Assembly: GCA_005883075.1 (NCBI GenBank)
Contig: VBAX01000048.1
Span: forward strand, 35,475 to 99,474
Reading direction: 5' to 3'
Source: Candidatus Bathyarchaeota archaeon
Lineage (GTDB): Archaea; Thermoproteota; Bathyarchaeia; 40CM-2-53-6
Length of the DNA: 64,000 nucleotides
A program made the position numbers and the translations under genes. Each line of letters starts with the position of its first letter. Position 1 is the stretch's first letter. Below, one piece after another: positions 10,144 to 19,355 of the stretch. Below the pieces are notes generated by a model that saw only the letters and a program-made list of their open reading frames with translations, was not told the origin of the DNA and made no database searches.

Positions 10144-10770
10144 TTGAGCCGGCCAAAGGGTGCGCCACTGCTAGGGCCAGTAGGATTCCTCTTTGCTGCA
10201 GTAGGGTTCACAATGGCCGTAATTGTCGCAAGATTGTTCGTCTCTCTTGAGGCGAGGTGCACTCAAGCCTGTCCCGTCATCAGGGTTCAGGGATTTCACA
10301 TTCACCATCTCTACTATGGAGTCATACTGTTGCTCGCCTCCTCGACAATCATGGTATTTGCGGGGGATGTCCGCACAAGATGGGACAGTGCACTTGTTGT
10401 TGGCGCGGGCCTTGGTCTCATCGCGGATGAAGTTGGTTTACTGGTTCTTCGCGTGCCTTACTGGGCCACTGCTTCCCTGGCGACTATAGTCGCGGTCGGA
10501 CTAGCTTTGTACCTTGCGACTGTATACAAACTGTGGGCCGTTGGACGCAGGGACTTTGGACTCTTGGATCGGTACCAGACTTTGAGCATATTCGCCGTGG
10601 CTCTAGCTATGTTGGGCTTCCTATACTTTGGACGGCCTCTCAGGGCAATGTATGCGAACACGGCGCTGGTTGCATGGGTCTCAGCCTCTATTCTCCTGCT
10701 GACCTTCGGCAGGAAACACATCCAAGAGATCAGGCGCACACCCTTAAACCCCGTCCCGCCTTCTCCGTAG
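10144..10770 (+). CDS. Integral membrane protein with an HIHHLYYG motif
   Basis: About six TM helices; HIHH and GLGLIADE motifs. Confidence 0.7.
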   Translation: MSRPKGAPLLGPVGFLFAAVGFTMAVIVARLFVSLEARCTQACPVIRVQGFHIHHLYYGVILLLASSTIMVFAGDVRTRWDSALVVGAGLGLIADEVGLLVLRVPYWATASLATIVAVGLALYLATVYKLWAVGRRDFGLLDRYQTLSIFAVALAMLGFLYFGRPLRAMYANTALVAWVSASILLLTFGRKHIQEIRRTPLNPVPPSP

Positions 10771-10791
10771 AAGAGAAGGCGCAAGAGCAAA

Positions 10792-12354
10792 CTGCAGGTC
10801 TCCAAGCTAGTAGGCATTGAGGCAAGAGAGTATCAAAGCTCCATTGCAGAGTCCGCCGCCAAGGCCAACACGCTTGTCGTTCTCCCGACTGGGCTCGGTA
10901 AGACCATAATTGCTTTGCTGGTAGCCGTCAAGCGTCTTTCAGAGCAGAAGAACGACAAAGTCGTTATCCTTGCTCCGACAAAACCTCTCGTTCTCCAGCA
11001 TGCCGGGTTTTTCAAAGAACACTTTCCCGACAAGAACGTCAGATCCTCGGTCCTTACAGGGGAGAATCCTCCAGCTTCGAGGATCATGGATTTTGAGGGG
11101 TCTCAACTGATTTTTGCGACTCCTGAGGTGATTAGAAACGATGTCTCGAGTGAACGGTATACGCTGAGTCGCGTCTGTTTGATCGTTTTTGACGAGGCCC
11201 ATCGGTGCGTCCGAGACTATGCTTACTCTGAGGTAGCTGAGAGCTACAAGAGACAGGCATCGAACCCGTTGATACTTGGGTTAACTGCGTCGCCGAGCGC
11301 TCGAAAAGAGCGGGTCCAAGAGATCTGCGACAAGCTTGCGATCACCAACGTAGAGATGAGAACCGAGGAGGATGAGGATGTTGTTCAGTATGTCAATGAC
11401 GTGACGATAAACTGGGAACGGGTCCCGCTTCCTTCAGCTTACAAGCAGATTAGCAAGATTCTCCGAGCCGCGATGGATGAGAGGACGGAGAAGCTTAGGG
11501 CCATGCACCAGTTGCCGACTGGTGTTCGCGCAAACAAACGGATGCTACTGGAGCTCGGGGAGAAGTTGCGAAAGAGTCTGAGAAGAGGTGGGTCCGGAGC
11601 CCTGTATGGAGCAGTCATTCTGCAGGCCCAGGCGATGTCGTTGAGTCATGCAATCGACGTGCTGGAGACGCAAGGCCTCCACAACCTCACAAGATACCTT
11701 GCAAAGCTCGAAACCGCCAGCAGCAAGTCGGGCAAAAGCCTCTCAAGAGACGCGAAGATTCTCGAAGCTAGACAGCTCGCGTTCTCGATGGAAGAGAGAG
11801 AACATCCGAAGCAGAAAAGGCTCCGAGAGCTAGTCGAAGCGGAGATCAAGTCGAACAAGGATTCGAAGATCATAGTCTTCACCCAGTACAGAGATACCGT
11901 CGAGACACTTGTCGAACGGCTGAACAAGCTTGAAGGTGTCTCAGCAGTCCGATTCGTCGGCCAGGCGACCCGAGATACTGATGATGTCGGTCTAAGCCAA
12001 AGGGAGCAGACGAATATACTGGAAGACTTTCGCCAAGGACGTCATAACATGCTCGTGACGACAAGCATCGGTGAGGAGGGACTACATGTCCCAGACGTGG
12101 ATCACGTCATATTCTACGAAGCAGTTCCATCAGAAATCCGCCTAATACAACGCAGAGGGCGGACTGGCAGGACGAAGCAAGGAAAAATGACAGTACTCAT
12201 GTCAGAGGGAACGATAGACGAGGCGTACTACTGGACGAGCCAGAAGAGAGAGCAGCAGATGCATCGCTTTCTGCAGACGGTCAAGAAGAAAGGGACGAAA
12301 CCTCCGTCGAAGACAAAACGGACCTTAGACGACTGGTCCAGCTTCCAAAAATAA
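10792..12354 (+). CDS. hef: Hef/Mph1/FANCM-like SF2 helicase without the ERCC4 nuclease domain; inferred CTG start
   Basis: REYQ and Walker A LPTGLGKT lie upstream of the track start at 10915; DEAH, TASP, EEGLH, QRRGRTGR motifs. Confidence 0.85.
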   Translation: MQVSKLVGIEAREYQSSIAESAAKANTLVVLPTGLGKTIIALLVAVKRLSEQKNDKVVILAPTKPLVLQHAGFFKEHFPDKNVRSSVLTGENPPASRIMDFEGSQLIFATPEVIRNDVSSERYTLSRVCLIVFDEAHRCVRDYAYSEVAESYKRQASNPLILGLTASPSARKERVQEICDKLAITNVEMRTEEDEDVVQYVNDVTINWERVPLPSAYKQISKILRAAMDERTEKLRAMHQLPTGVRANKRMLLELGEKLRKSLRRGGSGALYGAVILQAQAMSLSHAIDVLETQGLHNLTRYLAKLETASSKSGKSLSRDAKILEARQLAFSMEEREHPKQKRLRELVEAEIKSNKDSKIIVFTQYRDTVETLVERLNKLEGVSAVRFVGQATRDTDDVGLSQREQTNILEDFRQGRHNMLVTTSIGEEGLHVPDVDHVIFYEAVPSEIRLIQRRGRTGRTKQGKMTVLMSEGTIDEAYYWTSQKREQQMHRFLQTVKKKGTKPPSKTKRTLDDWSSFQK

Positions 12355-12694
12355 CTAGACCACGTTCCAGGCCTATCTTCTTCCTCATTCCACTCTTCGG
12401 CCTACACTAGAAGATGCGCGATGTCCGAGCGGGGATGTGGGGAAGCCCCACTGAGCGAAGGACTAGTGAACGAATCCTTGGCAATTGATGCTATCAAACG
12501 TGAGATTCATGGATGCAGGGACCGGCCAATCGATATCCGAACAGTTGTGTGCTCCGGAGGATTACTCGGTGTGCCGCTTGTCGTCAGCAAGCTCGCTGCC
12601 TACCTCATACGCCTTTTCGGGTCTGATGCTGTTGTTCCAACTGAATGAAAGCTACTAAATACCGGCCTAGGTTCTTCTGGGGAGATATTCTAAG

Positions 12695-13270
12695 TTGATA
12701 GAGAAAAGAAGTCCTAGTTGGCTGCGCGTTCTCGAGATACTCGCTGGAGTATTGGTTCTCGCGGTCGCATTTTTCGTTTTGGCCGACTCAGCATTCGCCC
12801 TCACTGTCCTCGCATATACCCTTGGAATCGGACTCGTTATTCTGGGGCTATCCCGAATTTTTGCCGGCGTTTACGGGAGATATTTTGCGGTGTGGTTCCG
12901 GGAGATAAACGCTGGAGGAGGAATAATCGCCTTTGTGCTCGGAATCGTTGCAATAATCAACCCACAATTCGTAATCGGCTTCCTGACCATTCTCGTCGCT
13001 CTCGCACTTCTTGTCGTCGGGATCGTAGAAATCATAGCGGCAGGATTTGCAAAGCATCCACCGGTCTGGGTGCGAGGACTGATTGGAATAGTAGGGGTTT
13101 TGACCGTCATTCTCTCCGTTTTCGTAATCCTTGACCCCTCTCTTGGCCAGCTCAGCCTAGCGGTCACGATTGCAATTGTGCTAGTCGCAGTTGGAGTTCG
13201 AGACATCACTCACGGAATAACAGGGCATCGGCCGCTCAAGATCGACCAAGATGTCATAACCAAAGTCTAA
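12695..13270 (+). CDS. HdeD/DUF308-like membrane protein
   Basis: Three repeated helical-hairpin units, about six TM helices. Confidence 0.7.
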   Translation: MIEKRSPSWLRVLEILAGVLVLAVAFFVLADSAFALTVLAYTLGIGLVILGLSRIFAGVYGRYFAVWFREINAGGGIIAFVLGIVAIINPQFVIGFLTILVALALLVVGIVEIIAAGFAKHPPVWVRGLIGIVGVLTVILSVFVILDPSLGQLSLAVTIAIVLVAVGVRDITHGITGHRPLKIDQDVITKV

Positions 13271-13336
13271 ACTTATTCCGAAGAGTAGAGACCAAGCTAG
13301 GCTCCGATTCCCAGGACTCGAATTCGGGGTCCGCAA

Positions 13337-13549
13337 CTAGACGTGCGGAATCCGGATCTTGGGGATTCTTGCTCCAGTCAGAGTCAGGACTAGTCCCAAG
13401 AGGATGAGGAAGAGACCTGAGATCATGTACATGTTAGCAGAGATTGTTGCGCCGTTGTAGGCGACTTTCTCGTTGCTAATGTACAAGCTCTCAGCCACGA
13501 TTCCAAGCAGGACAAATACTGCCCCAATGAGGACCATTAGTCTCCTCAT
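13337..13549 (-). CDS. Small two-TM membrane protein
   Basis: 70 aa with two hydrophobic helices. Confidence 0.6.
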   Translation of the reverse strand: MRRLMVLIGAVFVLLGIVAESLYISNEKVAYNGATISANMYMISGLFLILLGLVLTLTGARIPKIRIPHV

Positions 13550-13714
13550 TCTACGACCACAATCGAGAATAGAGTGAAACGACTCTTAAGCCCTGTTTAA
13601 CCAAAGATTAGCCTCCGAGGATATACCTTCTACGCTCGCCATTCTCGGGCTATTCAGAGGTTCTCCATTTCCAGATGAAATCGTGAAGTGTTCGAAGTGA
13701 TCAGATTAATTTGG

Positions 13715-13905
13715 AGTCCGAGTTCTCTTTTGGACTGCGGTTTCGATTCGCTTATTAATCGAATCGTCAATATTCATTTTGAAAGCGACAAGGCATTTGG
13801 CCCTCTTGCTCTCCCTGGGCTTTGCTTGCCCAGGTCATCGTTTTGTGGATTCATACCTACAAAACTAGTTATGGCTCAGCCAGAGAGAACTCTTCAAGGG
13901 CAAGA
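13715..13905 (+). ncRNA. Candidate structured non-coding RNA
   Basis: Five stems of 7-9 bp within about 190 nt of a 630-nt intergenic gap; G-U pairs favour the + strand. Confidence 0.3.
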
Positions 13906-14178
13906 AGAGGAGCGCGTCTATAGCCCAACATGAAAGACTCAGGTTCGGAAACAACCGCGGGTAACACTATGACGTCGCACAACTCTCCTAGCGGATGATA
14001 TCCCCGATGTTGAACCATATTCAAGATGCTCACGGTCACGGTCGCCAACTGTACGATTGTTCTAGGGGTTGGAATGTCGTGGAGGTTGTTGAGGTATCCG
14101 GATCATAAAAAACAGTGAAGTTGTTGGGCTCAGATAGACGGTGAAAAGTTGATGACCGGAGCTCCGAACCAGGGAGGG

Positions 14179-15279
14179 CTACCCTAGCCAGGGAACGCCG
14201 ATCTCTGTTCCCACTTGTTTCATCGCTTCCACAACCTTGGGACTTAGTGGAATACCTTCCTTCTGGAACTTTTCCATCCTTGCATAGCTCTTCTCGCCGT
14301 GAACGTAGATTCGTGATTGGCCTTCCGCCTTCGGGGAGTCCTTCAGCTCTCGGGCTAACCTGTCCATATCCCTCTTGAAATCGTCCAGTGGGCGAAACGC
14401 TGCTGGGTCCAACGCCATGAAGAAATGGCCGACATTCGGCTTTTCCTTGATAACATCGACGCCGAGACCCGTGGCTGCGCCGCTCAGGACTCCGCTAAGA
14501 ACGTCCACCATCAGCGCCAAACCATACCCTTTGTGGCCCGAGTGTTTTTCGCCCTCACCGCCAAGGGGTAGAATCCCGCCGCCCAATCTCTTGGACAACG
14601 CGTCCAAAACGGCATGCGGGTCCTCTGTCCCTCTTCCCGTCTTGTCCACCGCCCATCCTGGTGGCATCTTCTTGCCTTGGCGGTCATAGACCTCAAGCTT
14701 CCCGCGTGGAACCACAGATGTTGCCATGTCCAGCACGAATGCTCTCTCGTTCCTTGCGGGTGCGGTTAGGCTAATCGGGTTTGTACCGAGAATCGCGTTC
14801 CTGCCGAAAGTGGGGACCACGAGCGGTGCGGCATTGGTCATGCTCATTCCGATCAAATCGTGTTGCAAGGCCATTAGACTGTAGTAACCTGCTATTCCAT
14901 AGTGGTGAGAGTTCCGAACAGAAACGATTCCGACCGCGGTTTCTTTGGCTTTCTTAATGGCCAATTCCATTCCCTTGTGCCCGACCACCTGGCCTAAGCT
15001 CTGGCCCCCGTCGATCATCGCCGTAGCCTTGGTTTCCTTCACGATCTTGCTTTGGTCTGTGGGCTTTGTCCAGCCATTCTTCAGATCCGCGTAATACCGA
15101 GGAAGACGGGCGACTCCATGCGACTCGATCCCGCGGAGATCAGCTAGCACCAGAACATCAGTTGTTATCTTGGCATCTATTACCGGGACGCCAAGTTTCA
15201 TCCACACTTTGTTGCAGAAGTCTTTCAGTTTTGCCTCTTGTACAACCACTTGCTTCTGGACAGTGACCTGGTCAACCAT
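14179..15279 (-). CDS. Ldh_2-family (malate / L-sulfolactate / ureidoglycolate) dehydrogenase
   Basis: ADLRGIESHG, NSHHYG, GTNPI, LDMATS, GHKGYGL. Confidence 0.88.
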   Translation of the reverse strand: MVDQVTVQKQVVVQEAKLKDFCNKVWMKLGVPVIDAKITTDVLVLADLRGIESHGVARLPRYYADLKNGWTKPTDQSKIVKETKATAMIDGGQSLGQVVGHKGMELAIKKAKETAVGIVSVRNSHHYGIAGYYSLMALQHDLIGMSMTNAAPLVVPTFGRNAILGTNPISLTAPARNERAFVLDMATSVVPRGKLEVYDRQGKKMPPGWAVDKTGRGTEDPHAVLDALSKRLGGGILPLGGEGEKHSGHKGYGLALMVDVLSGVLSGAATGLGVDVIKEKPNVGHFFMALDPAAFRPLDDFKRDMDRLARELKDSPKAEGQSRIYVHGEKSYARMEKFQKEGIPLSPKVVEAMKQVGTEIGVPWLG

Positions 15280-15368
15280 GACTGTTTCCTCGGAAACCTC
15301 TATTCAATGTCAGCGTTCAAAGAGACATTTTTTAACTTAGGCCTATTCCCGGATACACTCTGAGAGAA

Positions 15369-15890
15369 ATGGATACTCATCAAGCAATCCTCACCAAACT
15401 GGATGTTAGACAGTTTAGCCCCAAGAAGGTCCCGGCCGACGTAAAGCTGAAAGTATTCGAAGCGGCGCGAGCCACTCAGACGGGAAATAACAAGCAACAC
15501 TTGAGATTCATACTTGTCCAAAACAAGGATTCGATCAAGAAGTTAGCAGAGGATAGCACAAGTGGGCCTTGGGTCGCTGGGGCAGACTTTGCAGTCATCG
15601 TCCTGACGGACCCCAAACTGGGGTTCCACCTCATCGACACCGGACGCGCAGTCCAACAAATGCAACTCTCCGCGTGGAACAACGGGGTAATCTCCGGAGT
15701 CTATACGGGAATCAAGGAAGAAGCCATGAGTAGAGATTTCAGTTTCCCAGCCGATATCAAGCCCACTATGGTGGTAGGTTTTGGCTATCCAGTCAAGAAG
15801 ATAGTTGGGAAGAAGAATCGCATGCCCATTTCGGAAATAGCTTTTATCGATAAATTCGGCAACAAATTCGATCCAAAGAAACTAAGCTAA
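15369..15890 (+). CDS. Nitroreductase family protein
   Basis: VRQF, GNNKQ, IDTGRA.Q.MQL.A, GFGYP. Confidence 0.85.
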   Translation: MDTHQAILTKLDVRQFSPKKVPADVKLKVFEAARATQTGNNKQHLRFILVQNKDSIKKLAEDSTSGPWVAGADFAVIVLTDPKLGFHLIDTGRAVQQMQLSAWNNGVISGVYTGIKEEAMSRDFSFPADIKPTMVVGFGYPVKKIVGKKNRMPISEIAFIDKFGNKFDPKKLS

Positions 15891-15974
15891 AGCAGTTGTC
15901 GAATGGCGAGACTCCCGGGAGCAGCCTAGCACTACCCCGCATCGACCGCTCGTCCCAGAAGTGGTAGAGACTGG

Positions 15975-16445
15975 TTGGACTTCACCGAGATTCTAGCTAA
16001 CGAATTATGGGTAGGCGCGGCACCTACGCTAGCAGATCTGGAAGAGATCAAGAAACACAGCGGGGGCAAGAGTGTGATTATCGACCTTACGAGGAATCAG
16101 CGGGAGGAGGAGTGGTCCAAGAAGCTAGGCTTGCAATACGAAGATCGAACCCCCAAGGTCGAAGAGACTTTTTCCGCGGTTCCGGTAAGCCAGCTCCGAC
16201 TCGTCTCCCGACTCATCGAACAACACATCCGTGGAGGGCGAACAGTCTACCTCCATTGCAAGATGGGGCTCGGCAGGAGCCCGACATGCGCAGCCGCCTA
16301 CCTGGTACATTGTGGGATTCCCCTTCGAGACGCGAAAGAGCTCATATTGAGCAAACGCTCGGTTTGGAATGGTGAAGATGGAAATTATGCGAGTGGTTTG
16401 GAAGACTTTGCCAAGATGCTGGAAATAGCAAAACTCTCAGAATAG
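15975..16445 (+). CDS. Dual-specificity protein phosphatase
   Basis: CX5R active-site loop VYLHCKMGLGRS. Confidence 0.85.
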   Translation: MDFTEILANELWVGAAPTLADLEEIKKHSGGKSVIIDLTRNQREEEWSKKLGLQYEDRTPKVEETFSAVPVSQLRLVSRLIEQHIRGGRTVYLHCKMGLGRSPTCAAAYLVHCGIPLRDAKELILSKRSVWNGEDGNYASGLEDFAKMLEIAKLSE

Positions 16446-16485
16446 AGGTCGACCCCTCGTATGTTCGCCTCGACACGTTTTCCGA

Positions 16486-16845
16486 CTATTTCTTGAGAAC
16501 TGAGCTCTTGAGGACCGTCTTTACCAAGTCTGGCTCTTTTAGAAGATAATAGGTAGCCCGCCTAGTTCTCAAACCTATCTTGGCGATTCCCTCAATTACA
16601 AGCTTCAAGACCCGGGTGGGGTGCATCTCGAGATCGCTCCATTGCCATCCTTGATACGACGGGTTTCCTAGTCCCTCTTCCTCGCTCCTAGCGGCCAACC
16701 ACAGGGCTTTCCTATAGTCAGGAAACTTCACGAGGAACTGCTCCACGTAATTCTCCTGTGGACCTGAATGGCTGGATGCTTCGATAGTAGCCTGCGAGAG
16801 TATTGTTGCTCGGGGTGAATGTGGTAAGGGGGATGTTCTTGACAC
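16486..16845 (-). CDS. Hypothetical protein, probably wHTH-like
   Basis: GWQWSDL..HP..V.KLV.EGI...TYYLL pattern; start uncertain. Confidence 0.55.
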   Translation of the reverse strand: MSRTSPLPHSPRATILSQATIEASSHSGPQENYVEQFLVKFPDYRKALWLAARSEEEGLGNPSYQGWQWSDLEMHPTRVLKLVIEGIAKIGLRTRRATYYLLKEPDLVKTVLKSSVLKK

Positions 16846-17026
16846 GAGGCTCGCCTTCTTCAGAAGGACCCTCGAAACAGGTAATGGTAATTCCGGAGAT
16901 TTATTCAGCTCGTTTTCCTAGAAACACCAAGTAGGTTACAGAAGCCTCCGTACCTACAAAATCTCGAGAATATCGAGGTTCGACACTTGAGCCCGCTCGG
17001 TCCCACGATCCAGGATGTGTCTAAGA

Positions 17027-18277
17027 CTAATGAAGATGACTTTGCCAAAACTTCGGCACTTTGCGTGAATAGACTACTTCTTTCGCTCCGAGAAATTCTG
17101 AAAGCTGTTCGACGCTATCTCGAATCTCTCTCGAGATATCCTTGTCCTTGGGTGCATGTGGTTCAGCGTGTACTTCCTTGATGATCAGTTTCCCGTTTTT
17201 CCGGTCCATGAGCGGATCCATACGCCCGATGAATTTGTCGCCGCACAGTATCGGGAGGACGTAGTATCCGAACTTGCGTTTGCTTGGCGGAGTGTAGATT
17301 TCGATTGTGTAATCGAAATTGAACAGATGCTTGGTTCTCGCCCTATCGCAGAACAGATTGTCGAAAGGGGAGAGTAATGAGACCCTTGGCTGCCATTCCC
17401 CCGATTGTAACTCTTCCAGCCGTTCGACGTCATCAGAGTGAATATACCGTTCGCCCTTCTCGACCGGTCCATCCGTTATATCTACTGGAATGATCTTCTC
17501 GTCCGCCACTAACTGTTTGATGGTTGCTTTCAGGTTTGGGTAGCGGTTACGGAAGAAGTGCCAACTTATCTCGGATGAATTTGCGATTCCGAGGGCGCGG
17601 AGTGATCTCTGGGCCGAAAGGTACTCGACCTCTTCAGCTGACAATTCTTTCTTTGACACCCAGGATGGCAGGAAATTTTCTGAGAGACCGTAGAGTTTCT
17701 GTTTGCCCTGGCGGCCAACTACCATTACTTCTCCCTTCAAGAAAAGATGGAACATCATCCGAGAGACATCTCCCCAGCTACTCCAGCCAAAACTACGCTT
17801 TGCCCTAGTCTTGTCTTCAAACTGGCGAGAGAGAAGAGGGCCTTTCTTTCTAAGCTCGCTCAAAATATGATCTCTCAGCTCCGTGTTCGCATTCAGAAAT
17901 TTGTCAATTCTTTGTCGCCAAATCGATCCTGGACGTACGAGCACGTCAGGATGCCTTCGCATGAGAGAATGGTAGAGAGGATAGTCTTCCATCAAAACTA
18001 TTGATGCTTGGTGGGCCCAGTATTCGAAGAGCTTCTTCTCGCGCCACAACAAATTGTCCAGATCTGTTGTGTCAAAGTGTCCGAGTCTGCTCCAAAGAAC
18101 GATGAGATGACTAGGAGCAACCGTGCTGATCGGATCAAGCTGAAGACAACCTAGGTCTCGTGTCACTCTCAGAATGTCATCTGAGTCCGGTTTGTTGGGC
18201 CTTATTCCAGCGAGATGCTGTTTGGCAACTGCGAGACGTCTAGCATTCTCTAGAGTCGTTGTAATTTTCTTAGACAC
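17027..18277 (-). CDS. YcaQ/AlkZ-family (HTH_42) crosslink-repair DNA glycosylase
   Basis: LQLDPI (QxD), LWSRLG, FEYWAH, LSPFDN, EIYTP..KRKFGYY. Confidence 0.85.
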   Translation of the reverse strand: MSKKITTTLENARRLAVAKQHLAGIRPNKPDSDDILRVTRDLGCLQLDPISTVAPSHLIVLWSRLGHFDTTDLDNLLWREKKLFEYWAHQASIVLMEDYPLYHSLMRRHPDVLVRPGSIWRQRIDKFLNANTELRDHILSELRKKGPLLSRQFEDKTRAKRSFGWSSWGDVSRMMFHLFLKGEVMVVGRQGKQKLYGLSENFLPSWVSKKELSAEEVEYLSAQRSLRALGIANSSEISWHFFRNRYPNLKATIKQLVADEKIIPVDITDGPVEKGERYIHSDDVERLEELQSGEWQPRVSLLSPFDNLFCDRARTKHLFNFDYTIEIYTPPSKRKFGYYVLPILCGDKFIGRMDPLMDRKNGKLIIKEVHAEPHAPKDKDISREIRDSVEQLSEFLGAKEVVYSRKVPKFWQSHLH

Positions 18278-18443
18278 GGAAGAGAACTTGTTTTGGCTGT
18301 TTCATAAGGGATTCGAACTTGACCCCTTGGCAAATGAAACTAAAACCAAACAAGACCCCTAGCAGATTGTGCACGCCCGGTAATGCATAGGCTTGACAAT
18401 AGAAAGAGCTAAGGTGTCACCGTCGAAGGGCTGTTGGTTGTTC

Positions 18444-18852
18444 ATGACCGAAGGAGGTATCGCTAGACTAGTCCAGCATCCCCTGTCTCCCTTCAAGAAG
18501 AGGGCAATCTTCGCAATCGCGATTCTAGGCTTACTGATGGCTGTCGGAACGATTGGCATGATGATCTTGGAAGGCTGGGACCTGGTGACCTCGTTCTATT
18601 TCATGTCCCTTCTGGCAACGGCCGAAGGCCCGGCACAATCACCCATGACTGTTGGGGGCAAGATCTTCGCGTCTTTCTTGGCCTTTCTCTCTATCGGCGC
18701 GGCAATATCTGCGATTACGTTTACCTTCGGACCCTTTGTTTGGCTCTATATTCAAAGAGGGCTTCGCCTATGTCGAGAGAGAAGAGGACAAACTGAAGAC
18801 AAGACTAGAGCGCAAGGCCCATCCCCATTCATCTGCCGACTACGAGGGATAA
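18444..18852 (+). pseudogene. Two-TM ion-channel (Ion_trans_2) protein with an apparent +1 frameshift at about 18735
   Basis: EGWD.V.SFYF pore helix and GKIF M2 helix. After GGA CCC the natural-looking continuation (LFGSIFKEG...) is in the +1 frame. Confidence 0.6.
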
Positions 18853-18855
18853 GAC

Positions 18856-19212
18856 TCGCCAAAACTCATCAGTGACATCGGTCATATCATCCTTCAAGTC
18901 GGGGATATGGACGAGGCAGTCAATCTATACTGCAAAACGCTAGGATTCGAACTCAAAGAACCCTCGCCTGAATGGAGCGTCATCTCCACCAAGCTGGGCG
19001 AGCTGACCCTCTACAAGACCCCGAAGATCACACCGCTAGTTCTTCGAGGTGCCGATGTAACCCCAATCAGCCTCCATGTCACCAGCTTCGAGGAAGCGGC
19101 TGATCAATTGGAGAAGAAAGGATACTCCGTCAAACGGAAAGGCAGGAACTCAGGAACACTTACTGACCCATGGGGAAACATGATCGACCTCCACGACCAC
19201 CGCAAATCCTGA
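18856..19212 (+). CDS. VOC/glyoxalase family protein; start codon non-canonical or mutated
   Basis: In-frame PKLISDIGHIILQVGD precedes ATG 18907; DPWGN.I.L at the C-terminus. Confidence 0.75.
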   Translation, partial: SPKLISDIGHIILQVGDMDEAVNLYCKTLGFELKEPSPEWSVISTKLGELTLYKTPKITPLVLRGADVTPISLHVTSFEEAADQLEKKGYSVKRKGRNSGTLTDPWGNMIDLHDHRKS

Positions 19213-19355
19213 AAACTTTCGGTGGGGCACGGGCGCTGGGGTTCCAGTCCACCCTTCTCGCGTCTTCAATCATTGGCGGAATAGGGCGATTGATTGCGCT
19301 GTTCATCAAGAATCCGAAAGTACCAGCGATGCTAGCGTTTAGCCTCTGGCCGGTC

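Noticed and set aside
10144..12354. Pyrrolysine/amber-readthrough fusion of the membrane protein and Hef
   Set aside because: No pyl genes in the window, TAG is a common true stop here, and a CTG start explains the data more simply
12421..12648. 75-aa ORF, and similarly 5240..5512, 13688..13933 and 60791..61111
   Set aside because: No motifs or protein-like composition; treated as intergenic
13669..13681. ORB-like TTCCAGATGAAAT
   Set aside because: Single copy, no G-string, far from cdc6
13804..13905. Hammerhead ribozyme on the minus strand (CGATGA-stem-GAGA)
   Set aside because: Core deviates from CUGANGA/GAAA and lacks the UH cleavage site
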